A stretch of DNA of 64,000 nucleotides from Anaerolineae bacterium. Lineage in GTDB: Bacteria > Chloroflexota > Anaerolineae > UBA1429. The notes beneath the pieces were generated by a model. The model had not been told where the DNA came from. It worked only from the letters and a program-made list of their open reading frames with translations, and ran no database searches. How positions within the stretch are numbered: the first letter of the stretch is position 1; the number at the start of each line of letters is the position of its first letter. Of the stretch, positions 49,391-59,858 are shown piece after piece. The stretch spans positions 1,408,001 to 1,472,000 of the forward strand of contig OY776562.1 in the NCBI GenBank assembly GCA_963675785.1. Direction: 5' to 3'. A program made the translations under genes and the position numbers.

Positions 49391-51001
49391 TTACAACAAC
49401 CTATCCTGCTGAGCCTCGTCCTTCACGCGCTCCGCCTGAGCCAGCGTCACATTCGCCTGCGGATAATCGAACCACTCCTCACCCAAAAGCTGCTCAATTG
49501 TCCGAATCTGCACCTTTTGGTAATCCCGCCCCCAGGCATCCGAATGATAATACCCCTCGCCCAGAGCCTCCACGTCCATCGGCTTGCTGGGCCGTTCCAG
49601 CGTGATGAAAAAGCCCATTACCGCCTTTTCCCGATCCACCACGTGGGCCAGATCGCGGATATAGGCCGCTTGCACATGCCCGCTCTTGACCTGCACCACC
49701 ACCTTCTTGGCGCTGCCCCTGGCCGTATCGCGGAAATAGAGCACCCCGTCGATCCCCTGGTCGGCGCCCTTTTTTTGATTGTTGGCCGGTTGAGCCTTGA
49801 TCAAACTCAGCGCCCACCACTCGAACTGGTGCCGATCCACGCGGGCCAAATGCTCCGCCGAGGCCAGATCCGCCGGTTGCCCCACCACCTCGTATTTACA
49901 CGTATCGCCAAACATATCGTCCAACCGCTGGCGCATCAGCGCGATGGAGAGATGGGTGATATCGATCCCCAGCCACTTGCGTCCCAGCTTTTGGGCCGCA
50001 GCCACCGCCGTGCCGCAACCGCAGAACGGGTCTAGTACCACATCGCCCGGGTTGGACGAGGCTTCGATGATGCGCTCCAGCAGGGACAGCGGCTTTTGCG
50101 TGGGGTAGCCAAGACGCTCATTGCCACCCGCAGGCGTAATATCCGTCCAAAGGTCCTGGAGGGGAATCCCCGGCATCTCATCGAGATATTGCTTCAATCT
50201 AGGCATTCCACTGCTCGTGTAGTACAGTAGCCCCTTTCGTTCAAACTCTTGCATATTCTCTTTAGAATAAGCCCAATAACGCCCTTTATATGGCAGGACA
50301 CCTTTCCATTCATAAGATGTTTCCCCGCCGGGCTTTGCCGCAGTTAGATCAGTTGTCTTGTAATATCTACCCGTAGTATCTTCAATTTTACCATAATTAC
50401 TTTCAATATAGTCATCATCGTAATCTGAATAAACTGTATTCCAAGTATAGAACTGTTCCTTACTATAAAATAAGATTATGTCATGAACCCGGCCATGCTG
50501 CCTTCGCCCCTGCTTGGCGTCACTGTGAGCACTGGTGCGCTTCCAGACTATCTCCGTGCGGAAATTCTCTTTGCCAAACACTGTGTCCATCACTATCTTC
50601 AAATAGTGGCTGGCCGTGGGGTCGCAGTGCAGGTAAATGGAACCGGTGTCTTTGAGCACGCGGTGCAGCTCGATCAGGCGCAGGGTCATCATCACCAGGT
50701 AAGCGGTCATGTCGTTGCGCCCCACAAAACCCACAATGGCGTCCATCATCTCCACCACGTGGGGCGCCGCCGTCATCTCGATCTCCCGCAGCGTCTCTTC
50801 GGCGCTGGCGTTCCAGTGCCAGCTGTCGTCAAAAGCCGTAATCTGCGATTCGGCAGACGTGCCATTAGACTCTTTGAACAGCACATTGTACGAGCGGTTC
50901 GAATTGAACGGTGGGTCGAGGTAAATCAAATCCACCGACTCGTCGGCAACGTATTCGCGGAGAATATCCAGGTTGTCGCCGTAATAAAGAGTGTTCTTCA
51001 T
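49391..51001 (-). CDS. Site-specific DNA methyltransferase (N6/N4, beta class) fused to an Mrr-like PD-(D/E)xK domain
   Basis: [29 protein letters not shown]; C-terminal DQGIDG..VQVKSG; ATG 51001 after GCAGGAG. Confidence 0.85.
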   Translation of the reverse strand: MKNTLYYGDNLDILREYVADESVDLIYLDPPFNSNRSYNVLFKESNGTSAESQITAFDDSWHWNASAEETLREIEMTAAPHVVEMMDAIVGFVGRNDMTAYLVMMTLRLIELHRVLKDTGSIYLHCDPTASHYLKIVMDTVFGKENFRTEIVWKRTSAHSDAKQGRRQHGRVHDIILFYSKEQFYTWNTVYSDYDDDYIESNYGKIEDTTGRYYKTTDLTAAKPGGETSYEWKGVLPYKGRYWAYSKENMQEFERKGLLYYTSSGMPRLKQYLDEMPGIPLQDLWTDITPAGGNERLGYPTQKPLSLLERIIEASSNPGDVVLDPFCGCGTAVAAAQKLGRKWLGIDITHLSIALMRQRLDDMFGDTCKYEVVGQPADLASAEHLARVDRHQFEWWALSLIKAQPANNQKKGADQGIDGVLYFRDTARGSAKKVVVQVKSGHVQAAYIRDLAHVVDREKAVMGFFITLERPSKPMDVEALGEGYYHSDAWGRDYQKVQIRTIEQLLGEEWFDYPQANVTLAQAERVKDEAQQDRLL

Positions 51002-51112
51002 AAACTCCTGCCCTGCGCGGGTGATGGATTCTTTTATCGTGGTTTCAACCATATTATGCTGTAGCCTCAAGCCCTGTCAAGAGATCAACCTGGAACCCCT
51101 CATGCACCTGCT

Positions 51113-51426
51113 TTACGTCCGCAGACCGCCCTCCCCTAGACCTCGCGCACCTGTTTTACGTCCGCAGGACGCCTATCCCTAGGCCGGAGACGTCAGCGGT
51201 TGGTACAACCGCAAGTCCCGGCCATACGCCAACCCGCCACCTCCTCACACAAACCCGCTCTACGTCCGCAACACGTACCTTCCCTAGACCCCGCACCATC
51301 GCCAAAGTACGAACTCTGGCTCAAGAGCCTCGACGGAATCCAGTGGATCCCGTCGAGGGTTTGCAGATGGTAGCACTAGGGTTTAGCCTAGTGCGTCAAA
51401 ACAATTACCACCTCTCTAAACCTCTC
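51113..51426 (+). repeat. Composite REP unit, direct repeat of 48181..48492
   Basis: Near-identical over ~310 bp apart from a short pyrimidine-rich spacer. Confidence 0.85.
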
Positions 51427-51529
51427 TCACACCCGCTCTAGGTCGCAGAACGTGTCTTCCCCTCTCCCTCACTCGCCTTTGCCATCACCTTATGCTATAC
51501 TCCGCGCCTCACCAGCAAGAGGGGGCAAA

Positions 51530-52654
51530 ATGAAAACGCGCATTCTGGGACGTACCGGCATCGAGGTGGGCGCCATCGGCCTCGGCACTGAATATCTCAT
51601 CAGCAGCACACAAGACGACATGCGCCAGGTGCTGGAGGCGGCCGTAGCCGCACATCCGGCCAGTGCCAAGTGTTATGTCGACCTGCTCTACAACGGTGAC
51701 CTCTTTTGGACTCGCTTTGCGCCTGTCGCAGAGCCCCTCCGCGACCGCCTGGTCATGAGCACCCACTGGGGCTGTGCCATCGTCGATGGCCACTGCGTCA
51801 ACATCCGCGACGATGCTGACTGTCAGGTCGAATTCGACAGCACCCTGGCCCGCATCGGCGGCTATACCGAAGTCGGCATGTTGATGATGGTCGACCACAT
51901 CGACCTCTGGAAACGCTGGGGCTTGCCCGCGCTGGATCGGCTGTTGGCCTACAAAGCCGCCGGCAAAGTAGGCAGCATTGGCCTTAGCTGCCACGCCCCC
52001 GACGTAGCCCTGCCCATCATCGAGAGTGGCGCCATCGACGTGCTCATGTACCCCGTCAACTTTACCACCCGCGCCGTCGCTGGTAACCAGGAACTCTACG
52101 CCGCCTGCCAAAAACTCGGCGTGGGCCTTGTAGCCATGAAACCTTACGCCGGGGGTATGCTCCTCAGCGAGCAGGAGCGTTCTCGGCTGTGGTATGTGCA
52201 TACCGGCGGTAGCGCTGCCTCGCTAGAGACGGGAACCCAGGTCACCACCGCCCAGTGCTTGCAGTATGTGCTCGATCAAGGCGTCTCCACCATAGTGCCG
52301 GGCGTGCGCAATCTGGACGAATACCAGGCTGCCCTTGATTTCTGGCAGCAGTCCGAAAACGCCCGCGATTACAGTGGTGTATTAGAGCACATCACCACCG
52401 ATGTCATGGGCTCTTGCGTCTATTGCAACCATTGCCAGCCCTGCGCCGTAAGCATCGATATTGGCGAAGTCATGCGTCTGCTCACCCTCATGACCGGCGG
52501 CGGCACCGTGGATCCCTTCATCCAGGCTACCTACGATGCACTCGATGTACACGCCAGCGATTGCATCGCCTGTGGCGATTGTGAGCCGCGTTGCCCCTAC
52601 CAGGTGCCCATCATCGAGCGCATGGAATACACCGTTGAGGTCTTTGGCAGCTAA
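51530..52654 (+). CDS. Aldo/keto reductase with C-terminal 4Fe-4S dicluster
   Basis: RILGRTG..IGLGTE; IGLSCH; AMKPYAGG; CVYCNHCQPC, CIACGDCEPRCP. Confidence 0.85.
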   Translation: MKTRILGRTGIEVGAIGLGTEYLISSTQDDMRQVLEAAVAAHPASAKCYVDLLYNGDLFWTRFAPVAEPLRDRLVMSTHWGCAIVDGHCVNIRDDADCQVEFDSTLARIGGYTEVGMLMMVDHIDLWKRWGLPALDRLLAYKAAGKVGSIGLSCHAPDVALPIIESGAIDVLMYPVNFTTRAVAGNQELYAACQKLGVGLVAMKPYAGGMLLSEQERSRLWYVHTGGSAASLETGTQVTTAQCLQYVLDQGVSTIVPGVRNLDEYQAALDFWQQSENARDYSGVLEHITTDVMGSCVYCNHCQPCAVSIDIGEVMRLLTLMTGGGTVDPFIQATYDALDVHASDCIACGDCEPRCPYQVPIIERMEYTVEVFGS

Positions 52655-52749
52655 AGGCTGCAAAAACAGTCTAAACGGCTCTATATACTCATCATGCTCA
52701 GTATACCAAGATTCTTGTCATTTTTCCGGTAGCTCGTACTTTATGTAAA

Positions 52750-52772
52750 GAAGGCGCCCCAAGGGCGCCTTC
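52750..52772. terminator. Terminator between convergent genes
   Basis: GAAGGCGCCC-CAA-GGGCGCCTTC. Confidence 0.6.
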
Positions 52773-52801
52773 CTCATCCGTTAGTTCCCCACGACCGAGC
52801 A

Positions 52802-53311
52802 TCATCTCTTTTTGCAGGGCACATAGTAATCGAGAATCGCCTCGCCCTTGCCTTCTTGCATCGGCTGAACAAAGCGCTCCTCAGCGTACACCTCCATTGA
52901 ATAGCCGTAGCTATAATCGGGAGCATAATCGCTTTCAGCCAGCGCCTCTTCCGTCAAGCCATGGGCGTTGGTGTAGATGTCCGGCTCCACCCCTTGGATG
53001 TAGCCAATGCCCATCACACAGGGCGCCAAATCGCGATAGTCATACCCCTCCGGAACCGCCGTCCCCCTCGGGAACAACATGCCCGCAATATAGGTGAACA
53101 TCTTGGTTTCAGCGTTCCATTCGCCCATCCAACCTACATAAGCGTCGTTACTAGGTCCTAATGCCTCTAGCACTTGAAAGATACCTTCGTTCATACACGT
53201 TTCCCAGTACGCCGGCACAGGATTCTCCGCCCCCATTTGAACGACGATCGACTTGCCAATGACCCTCGTCGCGGCAAAATCCTCGAATAGCAGTTCCACC
53301 AGCTTTGCCAT
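52802..53311 (-). CDS. GyrI-like small-molecule-binding protein
   Basis: RVIGK..VPAYW..FTYIAG..VPEGY..MEVY..LDYYVP. Confidence 0.7.
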   Translation of the reverse strand: MAKLVELLFEDFAATRVIGKSIVVQMGAENPVPAYWETCMNEGIFQVLEALGPSNDAYVGWMGEWNAETKMFTYIAGMLFPRGTAVPEGYDYRDLAPCVMGIGYIQGVEPDIYTNAHGLTEEALAESDYAPDYSYGYSMEVYAEERFVQPMQEGKGEAILDYYVPCKKR

Positions 53312-53488
53312 GATACCTCACCTCCCTGCTGAACACCCACCTTTGAAATTGTAGCAGGCGCGAGGTCTCATCCGCAAGCTCTACATATTTTCTAGGCCAT
53401 ATTCTACGTTGCGTTTCCTTGCAGTTCGCGTTAAGCAGAGTACAATACACGCGTTCCATACACCACACCCCACCCGGAGGACACTTGC

Positions 53489-54568
53489 ATGCAAGCTATC
53501 GTTCGTATTCTGTCTGTCCTGGTCATTCTGGCCGCTGTTCTATTGGTCCCTGCGGGCACTGTTCAAGCTGACGATACAACGCACGACGTTGAAATTGGTG
53601 CCTATGTTTACCCCGTAACAGCCGAAAGCCTGCGCAACTGGGAGAGCCTTGTTGACCGCCATGTAGCTACTGTCAACATATTCATCGGCTGGGGAGACGA
53701 CCAAGCGTTGGCTTTTCCCACCGAAACAGCTACCAATGTGATCCTGCAGCATGACCACGGCTGTACCCACACCATCCCCATGATCACGGTGGAACCCTGG
53801 CTTTCTTTGGAAGCCATCACCAATGGCAATTATGATGCCCAGCTCATCGCCTTTGCCCAAGATGCCGCAGCCTACTCAAACCGCTATGGCGACCCTGTGC
53901 GCATACGCTTTGCCCATGAAATGATCCAGGATGATGTAGCTAGTAATGGCGGCGAATGGTATCCTTGGCAAGACCAGCCCGCAGCTTATGTGGCTGCCTG
54001 GCAGCATGTCTATACCGTAATCACCAACGCTGGGGCGACTGATATCGAATGGGTTTGGTGCCCCAATAACTGGCCCTTTGACAATACCATTGTTAGCAAG
54101 TATTTCCCCGGTGTCGATTATGTGGACTGGCTGGGCATGGATGGCTATAACTGGACCAATACCGATAATGCTCCCGGCTATCCCGATTGGCAGTGGTTCG
54201 ACGATATCTTTTATTGCCTCTATCATACCTTTGTTGATAATCCAGGGACCTATGGCAATTTGCCAGTCATGATCGGCGAAACTGCCTCTGCCGAGGCAAG
54301 TATCTACGAAGAAGCTGGGCAAACCAAGGCACTGTGGATTACGAACACTCTGGCTCGCATCGGATCGAGCGATTACAGCCGTATTAGCGCGTTCTACTGG
54401 TTCGATGAGGACAAGGAAAACGATTGGCGCGTTAGTTCGAGCTCGGAAGCAACCACCGCGTTTAAAAATGGCGTCAGTGGCGACGGCTGGCTCTCTCATC
54501 CAGAGCTCAACAATGTAGCCGTACCACTGGTTGTGAAAAACAAACATTGGACGGATCGTAATGCCTAG
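53489..54568 (+). CDS. Secreted GH26 glycoside hydrolase
   Basis: Signal peptide; ITVEPW, IRFAHEM, WVWCPN, YVDWLGMDGYN, VMIGET; C-terminal VAVPLVVK. Confidence 0.85.
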   Translation: MQAIVRILSVLVILAAVLLVPAGTVQADDTTHDVEIGAYVYPVTAESLRNWESLVDRHVATVNIFIGWGDDQALAFPTETATNVILQHDHGCTHTIPMITVEPWLSLEAITNGNYDAQLIAFAQDAAAYSNRYGDPVRIRFAHEMIQDDVASNGGEWYPWQDQPAAYVAAWQHVYTVITNAGATDIEWVWCPNNWPFDNTIVSKYFPGVDYVDWLGMDGYNWTNTDNAPGYPDWQWFDDIFYCLYHTFVDNPGTYGNLPVMIGETASAEASIYEEAGQTKALWITNTLARIGSSDYSRISAFYWFDEDKENDWRVSSSSEATTAFKNGVSGDGWLSHPELNNVAVPLVVKNKHWTDRNA

Positions 54569-54602
54569 GATTAACCATGGCTAGTGATAGTTGGAGGTAA
54601 GC

Positions 54603-55655
54603 ATGAGCGAAAATGAGGTGGGGCGTTATTGGCCCCGCAGTGAACTGGTGGTCAAAGAGACGTATGTGCCCCGGGCCAAATACCCGGCTATTGACGCCCA
54701 CAACCACCTGACCAACGATTGCTGCACTGCGTGGGAACGACCCTTTGGCGAATACATCGAGGCCATGGACGCCGCCAATGTCGAGGCTGTGGTCAACCTC
54801 TCTGGCGGCTGGGATGATACCCTCAAGCACAACATCGAGCGGCTGGAAGGCGCTTATCCGGGCAGGTTCCACACCTTTTGCACCCTGGATTGGAACGGCG
54901 TGGGCGCACCGGGCTGGCTCGAAACCACTCTTGCCCGCCTGGAGACCGCCAAATCCGCCGGTGCCCTGGGGCTCAAAGTGTACAAAGAGCTGGGGCTGGG
55001 CTGGCGCGATGTGGATAACAAGCTGTTTATGGCTTCCGATTCACGTATCAGCGAGGTCTGGCAGGCCTGCGGAGAGCTGGGCTTGCCGGTGCTCATTCAC
55101 TCAGCGGACCCGCGCGCGTTCTTTAGGCCCATCACACCCGAAAACGAGCGCTGGGACGAGCTCCACAAAAAGCCCGAATGGGCCTTTACCCCTGGTGGCA
55201 AGCCACCGCGTGACTTTCCCGAATTCGAAGCGCTGATCGAGGCCCTATACAGCACCATCGAGGCCCACCCGCGCACCACATTCATTACTGCTCACGTGGG
55301 CTGCTACCCCGAGAATTTGGGCTTTGTGAGCCAGATGCTGGACAAGTTGCCCAACATGTACACAGACATCTCGGCACGCATGGCTGAGCTGGGTCGCGCA
55401 CCCTACTCGGCACGGCGTTTCTTTATCAAACACGCCGACCACATCCTCTTTGGTACCGATAACTCGCCTAGAACCGAGGTGTACCGCCTGCACTGGCGCT
55501 TTTTAGAGACCGATGACGAGTATTTCAGCTACAACTCGCGCGAGGGCATCCCTCCCCAAGGGCGCTGGCGAGTCTATGGCCTCTACCTGCCAGACGATGT
55601 CCTGAAAAAGATCTGTCGCGACAACTGGCTGCGGGTAGTTGGTAAAACGGATTAA
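54603..55655 (+). CDS. Amidohydrolase_2 family protein
   Basis: IDAHNH, GLKVYK, PVLIHSADP, AHVG, ILFGTD. Confidence 0.85.
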   Translation: MSENEVGRYWPRSELVVKETYVPRAKYPAIDAHNHLTNDCCTAWERPFGEYIEAMDAANVEAVVNLSGGWDDTLKHNIERLEGAYPGRFHTFCTLDWNGVGAPGWLETTLARLETAKSAGALGLKVYKELGLGWRDVDNKLFMASDSRISEVWQACGELGLPVLIHSADPRAFFRPITPENERWDELHKKPEWAFTPGGKPPRDFPEFEALIEALYSTIEAHPRTTFITAHVGCYPENLGFVSQMLDKLPNMYTDISARMAELGRAPYSARRFFIKHADHILFGTDNSPRTEVYRLHWRFLETDDEYFSYNSREGIPPQGRWRVYGLYLPDDVLKKICRDNWLRVVGKTD

Positions 55656-55658
55656 GTT

Positions 55659-55688
55659 AAAGGCCCTGAGCATACGCTCAGGGCCTTT
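55659..55688. terminator. Bidirectional terminator
   Basis: AAAGGCCCTGAGC-ATAC-GCTCAGGGCCTTT. Confidence 0.75.
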
Positions 55689-55702
55689 CTAGTCTTTCCT
55701 GA

Positions 55703-56491
55703 TCAGAGTTTGTAATTAGTCCAGTTCTCCAGCGCAGCACGAATAGAGCGCTCCATCTCCTTGGAAAAGTCCGAGCCCGTCTTGCCAGCATAGTGCTGCT
55801 GACCGTAATTCTCGGCGCCGAACTTGTTCTCCACACTAAAAGAGGCCGTGCGTTCCTTGATGAGCTCGGCGAATTCCTCGCCCGTAGTCACCCGGTAGGT
55901 GTTCTCAGAGACAATGTTCTCTATGGGCAGGCGTTCCCGCGTCTTGGGGCGACGCCCATTGGGGAAATAGCCGTAGCAGAGCATACACACGGGGAAGGTC
56001 CACTCGGGCAACTTGAAGAGATCGCGATGGGTCTCGTAATTCTCCATGATGTCGCCAATGTAGCAAGAGCCAATGCCCAACGACTCGGCGGCAATGACGG
56101 TGTTCTGGGCAGCGATAATGGCATCGTTGGCGCCCAACATGAACTCGGAATAGCCCGGGGACAGAAAAGCCTCGCCCCTGCCCTCCATGAACTCTTTGAC
56201 GCCCGAATAGGCATAGTAATCATACCAGCGTTGATAGTCGGCCAGAAACACCAACACCATGGGCGCCGTGGTGATAAAAGGCTGATTATCGCAAGTGTGC
56301 GAAAGGGTTTCTTTCATTTCCTGGTCGGTCACATCGATGATAGAGTAGAGCATCATGTTGCCCGCCGTGGGGGCACGCAGGGCGCTCTGCAGAATGAGGT
56401 TCTTGTCTTCGACCGTGATGGGCCGCTCGTCGTATTTGCGCAGCGAAGCACGCTGAAAGATCAATTCCAGGGTTTCATTCATCATGATCAC
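55703..56491 (-). CDS. Nitroreductase (NfsA/NfrA-like)
   Basis: RASLRKY, RAPTAGN, NQPFI, AAQNTVIAAESLGIGSCYIG, RLP. Confidence 0.85.
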   Translation of the reverse strand: MIMMNETLELIFQRASLRKYDERPITVEDKNLILQSALRAPTAGNMMLYSIIDVTDQEMKETLSHTCDNQPFITTAPMVLVFLADYQRWYDYYAYSGVKEFMEGRGEAFLSPGYSEFMLGANDAIIAAQNTVIAAESLGIGSCYIGDIMENYETHRDLFKLPEWTFPVCMLCYGYFPNGRRPKTRERLPIENIVSENTYRVTTGEEFAELIKERTASFSVENKFGAENYGQQHYAGKTGSDFSKEMERSIRAALENWTNYKL

Positions 56492-56560
56492 ACTTTCTGG
56501 CTAGGAGAGGCTTGATCAAGGATACCGCACCGGGGTAAAAGGTCAAAACACATGCAGTAA

Positions 56561-56596
56561 AACAAAGGGAGGAGTATTCTCACCCCTCCCTTTGTT
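56561..56596 (-). terminator. Terminator after LVIVD gene
   Basis: AACAAAGGGAGG..CCTCCCTTTGTT + TT. Confidence 0.7.
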
Positions 56597-56603
56597 TAGT
56601 CAA

Positions 56604-58577
56604 TCAGTTCAGAATATAGAGACCGTTAACATCGCTGGGAAAATAGACATAGCCATCAGCGGCAAAGGTATCATAAACTGCCCCATAGAAATTGCTATAG
56701 CTGGCCGCAATGAAAGGATTCAATGGATTGGTTACATCCACCACTACGAGCCCCGGACCATCGACCGCCACATAGGCGTACTCACCATCACTGTAAACAC
56801 CCCGTGCTGTGCCAGGCAGTTCGCAAGCAGCCAATCTATAAGGATACCCCGTATGCGCAGCCAGGACAGTCCATAGATAGTTGCCATCGGCAAAATAGCA
56901 GAAATCGCCATAGCCAGCGACATCTAAGGAATCAGTAGCCTGCCAATAGCCAGCCTCCGTTGGTGCCGTCGGATCGGTTACATCGGCCACCAACCAATAA
57001 TACTGACAAGCAAGATAAGCGTATCCTTCAGCAACATAGACTCGCTTGATGGTCAAGCCATATTCATTCCAGGTCGTCGCGACCTCCACAGGTGAGGAGG
57101 CATTGCTCACGTCCACAATGCGCAACCCTCCAGTGCCATCGGCTACATAAGCATAGTTCCCTACAACATCCACATCATAGACTTCATTGGGGCTATCCCA
57201 TACCGAGGCGACGACAGGATTACTTGGTGTGCGCACATCAACAACAGTAAGACCATCCCTACCGCAAGCCAGATAGGCATAACCGTTAGCCACATCCACG
57301 CATTTGGCATCTAGATGAGAAACACCATCAGACGGTGAGAAAATGCCCGTAAGCCCAACACGATAGGCCTCAGTCGGATGGCTTACATCCCATATCTCCA
57401 GCCCACTGAACCCCGCAGCAACATAGGCCAAATCGTTTGCCACATAAACGTCAAAGGCCCCCACACTCAAGTTGTTGACATACTCATCGCCAGGAATCTC
57501 TGGCCGCCCCATGATATATGGAAGATCAATACGACCCACTACAGGCCGCGGCGTAGGCGTTAAGGTAGGCGTGTGGGTTGCCGTGGGCGTAGGAGTAGGG
57601 TCATTACCTGTGTAGCGAAGGATGCAAAGTCCGCTATATAAATCCAGTGCATAGATATATCCGCCAGAGGAAGCAACAGATACACAATCTGGCAAGTCAT
57701 ACTGGCCTAACTCGCTGAGCTCTTGAGGATTAGAAACGTCTAAAAGCCTAACGCCATTTGTATTATTAGCAACAATCGCATATTCATCAGCAATACAAAC
57801 GTCTAGGCAAGTATCAGAAAAAGCGTATGCACCTACTTGAGTCAAACTTGATGGAGCACTAATATCAATGATGCAGAGTCCGCCGTAAGAATCTGCAACA
57901 TAGGCATAGTTCTCAGACACAATAACATTTTCAACCCAGTTTTCTGTTTCCCAATGACCTGCTTTACTGAGATTTGTAACATCACTTATATCATATGCAC
58001 AAAGTCCATAAAGACCCCTAGCTACCCAGGCATATCCGTCACTCACATAAATACCACAAGCATAGACTGGGGAATCAGATATGCCAACAGTAGCTGCTGC
58101 TGTTGGGTCACTCACATCCGCAACAACCAAACCATCTCCTCCCGCGATGTAGACATATTGTCCTACAGCACACGCGTCATAGTAGACTGAATCGGATGGA
58201 TTCCATGTCCCTATCTGAGTAGGTGATGTGGGGTCAGTCACATCAATTATACTGATCCCCAGGTTACCCCGAGCTACATATGCATAGCCCTCCGCAGTGG
58301 AGACAGACAGAGCATGAGTCGATGAGATACAAGAGCCAACTTCTACAGGATTGGCCGCATTACTCACATCAATAACTGAAAGGCCCTTAGTACCCGAAAC
58401 ATAAGCGTAATCTCCTATAACACAAACATCAGATGCACCTCGCGGTGTTTCAACATACCCCACCAATTCTATGTTCCAAGTACTGGCGTCTTCGGCATCA
58501 GCTATTGCTCCCGGCAGCAAAGGTGCCACCAACAAAAGAGCTAGAAGCGGAAACAGCAACCTGTAACTCTTGGACAT
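56604..58577 (-). CDS. Secreted LVIVD-repeat protein (two repeat blocks, PT linker, internal IDLPYIMG)
   Basis: Signal MSKSYRLLFPLL; repeats V.G.YAYVA....GL.IVDVS.P; start re-set to 58577. Confidence 0.85.
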   Translation of the reverse strand: MSKSYRLLFPLLALLLVAPLLPGAIADAEDASTWNIELVGYVETPRGASDVCVIGDYAYVSGTKGLSVIDVSNAANPVEVGSCISSTHALSVSTAEGYAYVARGNLGISIIDVTDPTSPTQIGTWNPSDSVYYDACAVGQYVYIAGGDGLVVADVSDPTAAATVGISDSPVYACGIYVSDGYAWVARGLYGLCAYDISDVTNLSKAGHWETENWVENVIVSENYAYVADSYGGLCIIDISAPSSLTQVGAYAFSDTCLDVCIADEYAIVANNTNGVRLLDVSNPQELSELGQYDLPDCVSVASSGGYIYALDLYSGLCILRYTGNDPTPTPTATHTPTLTPTPRPVVGRIDLPYIMGRPEIPGDEYVNNLSVGAFDVYVANDLAYVAAGFSGLEIWDVSHPTEAYRVGLTGIFSPSDGVSHLDAKCVDVANGYAYLACGRDGLTVVDVRTPSNPVVASVWDSPNEVYDVDVVGNYAYVADGTGGLRIVDVSNASSPVEVATTWNEYGLTIKRVYVAEGYAYLACQYYWLVADVTDPTAPTEAGYWQATDSLDVAGYGDFCYFADGNYLWTVLAAHTGYPYRLAACELPGTARGVYSDGEYAYVAVDGPGLVVVDVTNPLNPFIAASYSNFYGAVYDTFAADGYVYFPSDVNGLYILN

Positions 58578-58711
58578 CTTACAGCTCTCCCGATGCAATC
58601 CAACTTCGAAGCCAAATGAGACCTAACAATATAAGGAGTAATCTACGGTATCTTATGCTAATCTGATTTGTCAGGGCAGCCAGTTTAGTCAACCATGTAT
58701 AATTGGAGAAA

Positions 58712-59797
58712 TTATCGGAAAATCTTAAAGCCACTACCCTCTGCCAAATACATATACTCCTCCTCAATGAATATATTGTTAGGTCCACACATATAAAGCT
58801 CAAACTCAGTTTCAATGTACGGGCGCTCAGGCATATGGATATCAATAACTGTTATAATCCAGTTGCCATTACTCGCATATAGATAGCCATTCTTGGCAAA
58901 AAGATCAACTGGCTCATAATCCAGTTCAATTCCAGCGATAATAGCCGGTTCTCCGCGACTAGCGGGGCTCACAACCAACAAGTTGGCTCCATCAGCAAAA
59001 TAGCAATAACCGTCACAGGCATACAACACATTACAGCTCTGTAATGGCGCCCAATATCCTAAGGGATTGGGATTATATGGATCATTGACGTCAATTACTA
59101 GCCATCCTACATAACTTGCTAAATAAGCATAACCTTCGTAGACAAAAACCCGAGTACTATATAGATTGTAACCTGCTAGTGGAGAAGAAATCCAGCGTGG
59201 TGCTGTAGGATCAGAAACATCCAAAATGCAAAGACCATGATAACTATCAGCGACAACATAGGCATAATCCCCAACTACTTGTACATCACGAGCAAAGCCA
59301 GTCTGGGTCCAAACAGAAGCTACTTTGGGATCGTACGGATCACGCACATCAAAAATAACAAGTCCTAGATTGCCGCACGAGCGATAGGCAAAGCCATCAG
59401 ACACATCAATCTTGACATTTCCACTTTGAAACGCTAGCCCAACTGGATCTGCAAAGGATCTAGCACTCGAAATCTGGACAGGTAATTCTGAATCCGACAC
59501 ATCGAAAATCGTTATGCCACCCCACCCTGAGGCACAATAAGCATAGTCTCCTTGAACATATATATCAGTAGCGCCCGTTTCATCTATATAGGTACAGGAG
59601 ATATATTCATCTCCCAGAAAATTTGCCTTTCCTCGCAAAAAAGGAAGGAAAACCGGCGCCACAGATTGCACGGGCACAGGCGTCGCTCCTAGTGTAGGAT
59701 TGGGTTCCGCTGCTTGCACTGAATGCTCACCCGGCAGCAAAGCAGCCACCAACAAAAGAGCTAGAAGCGGAAACAGCAACCTGTAACTCTTGGACAT
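58712..59797 (-). CDS. Secreted LVIVD-repeat protein with N-proximal VFLPFLRG
   Basis: Near-identical signal peptide DNA to 58577; LVIVD repeats. Confidence 0.85.
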   Translation of the reverse strand: MSKSYRLLFPLLALLLVAALLPGEHSVQAAEPNPTLGATPVPVQSVAPVFLPFLRGKANFLGDEYISCTYIDETGATDIYVQGDYAYCASGWGGITIFDVSDSELPVQISSARSFADPVGLAFQSGNVKIDVSDGFAYRSCGNLGLVIFDVRDPYDPKVASVWTQTGFARDVQVVGDYAYVVADSYHGLCILDVSDPTAPRWISSPLAGYNLYSTRVFVYEGYAYLASYVGWLVIDVNDPYNPNPLGYWAPLQSCNVLYACDGYCYFADGANLLVVSPASRGEPAIIAGIELDYEPVDLFAKNGYLYASNGNWIITVIDIHMPERPYIETEFELYMCGPNNIFIEEEYMYLAEGSGFKIFR

Positions 59798-59828
59798 CTA
59801 CAGCTCTCCTTGTTTACAACAGCCTGTG

Positions 59829-59858
59829 AAAAACCAGAGAGCCCCATTGCCCTCTGGT
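59829..59858 (-). terminator. Terminator-like hairpin inside the 5' leader of 58712..59797
   Basis: ACCAGAGGGC-AATGGG-GCTCTCTGGT-TTTT, ~30 nt upstream of the ATG. Confidence 0.55.
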
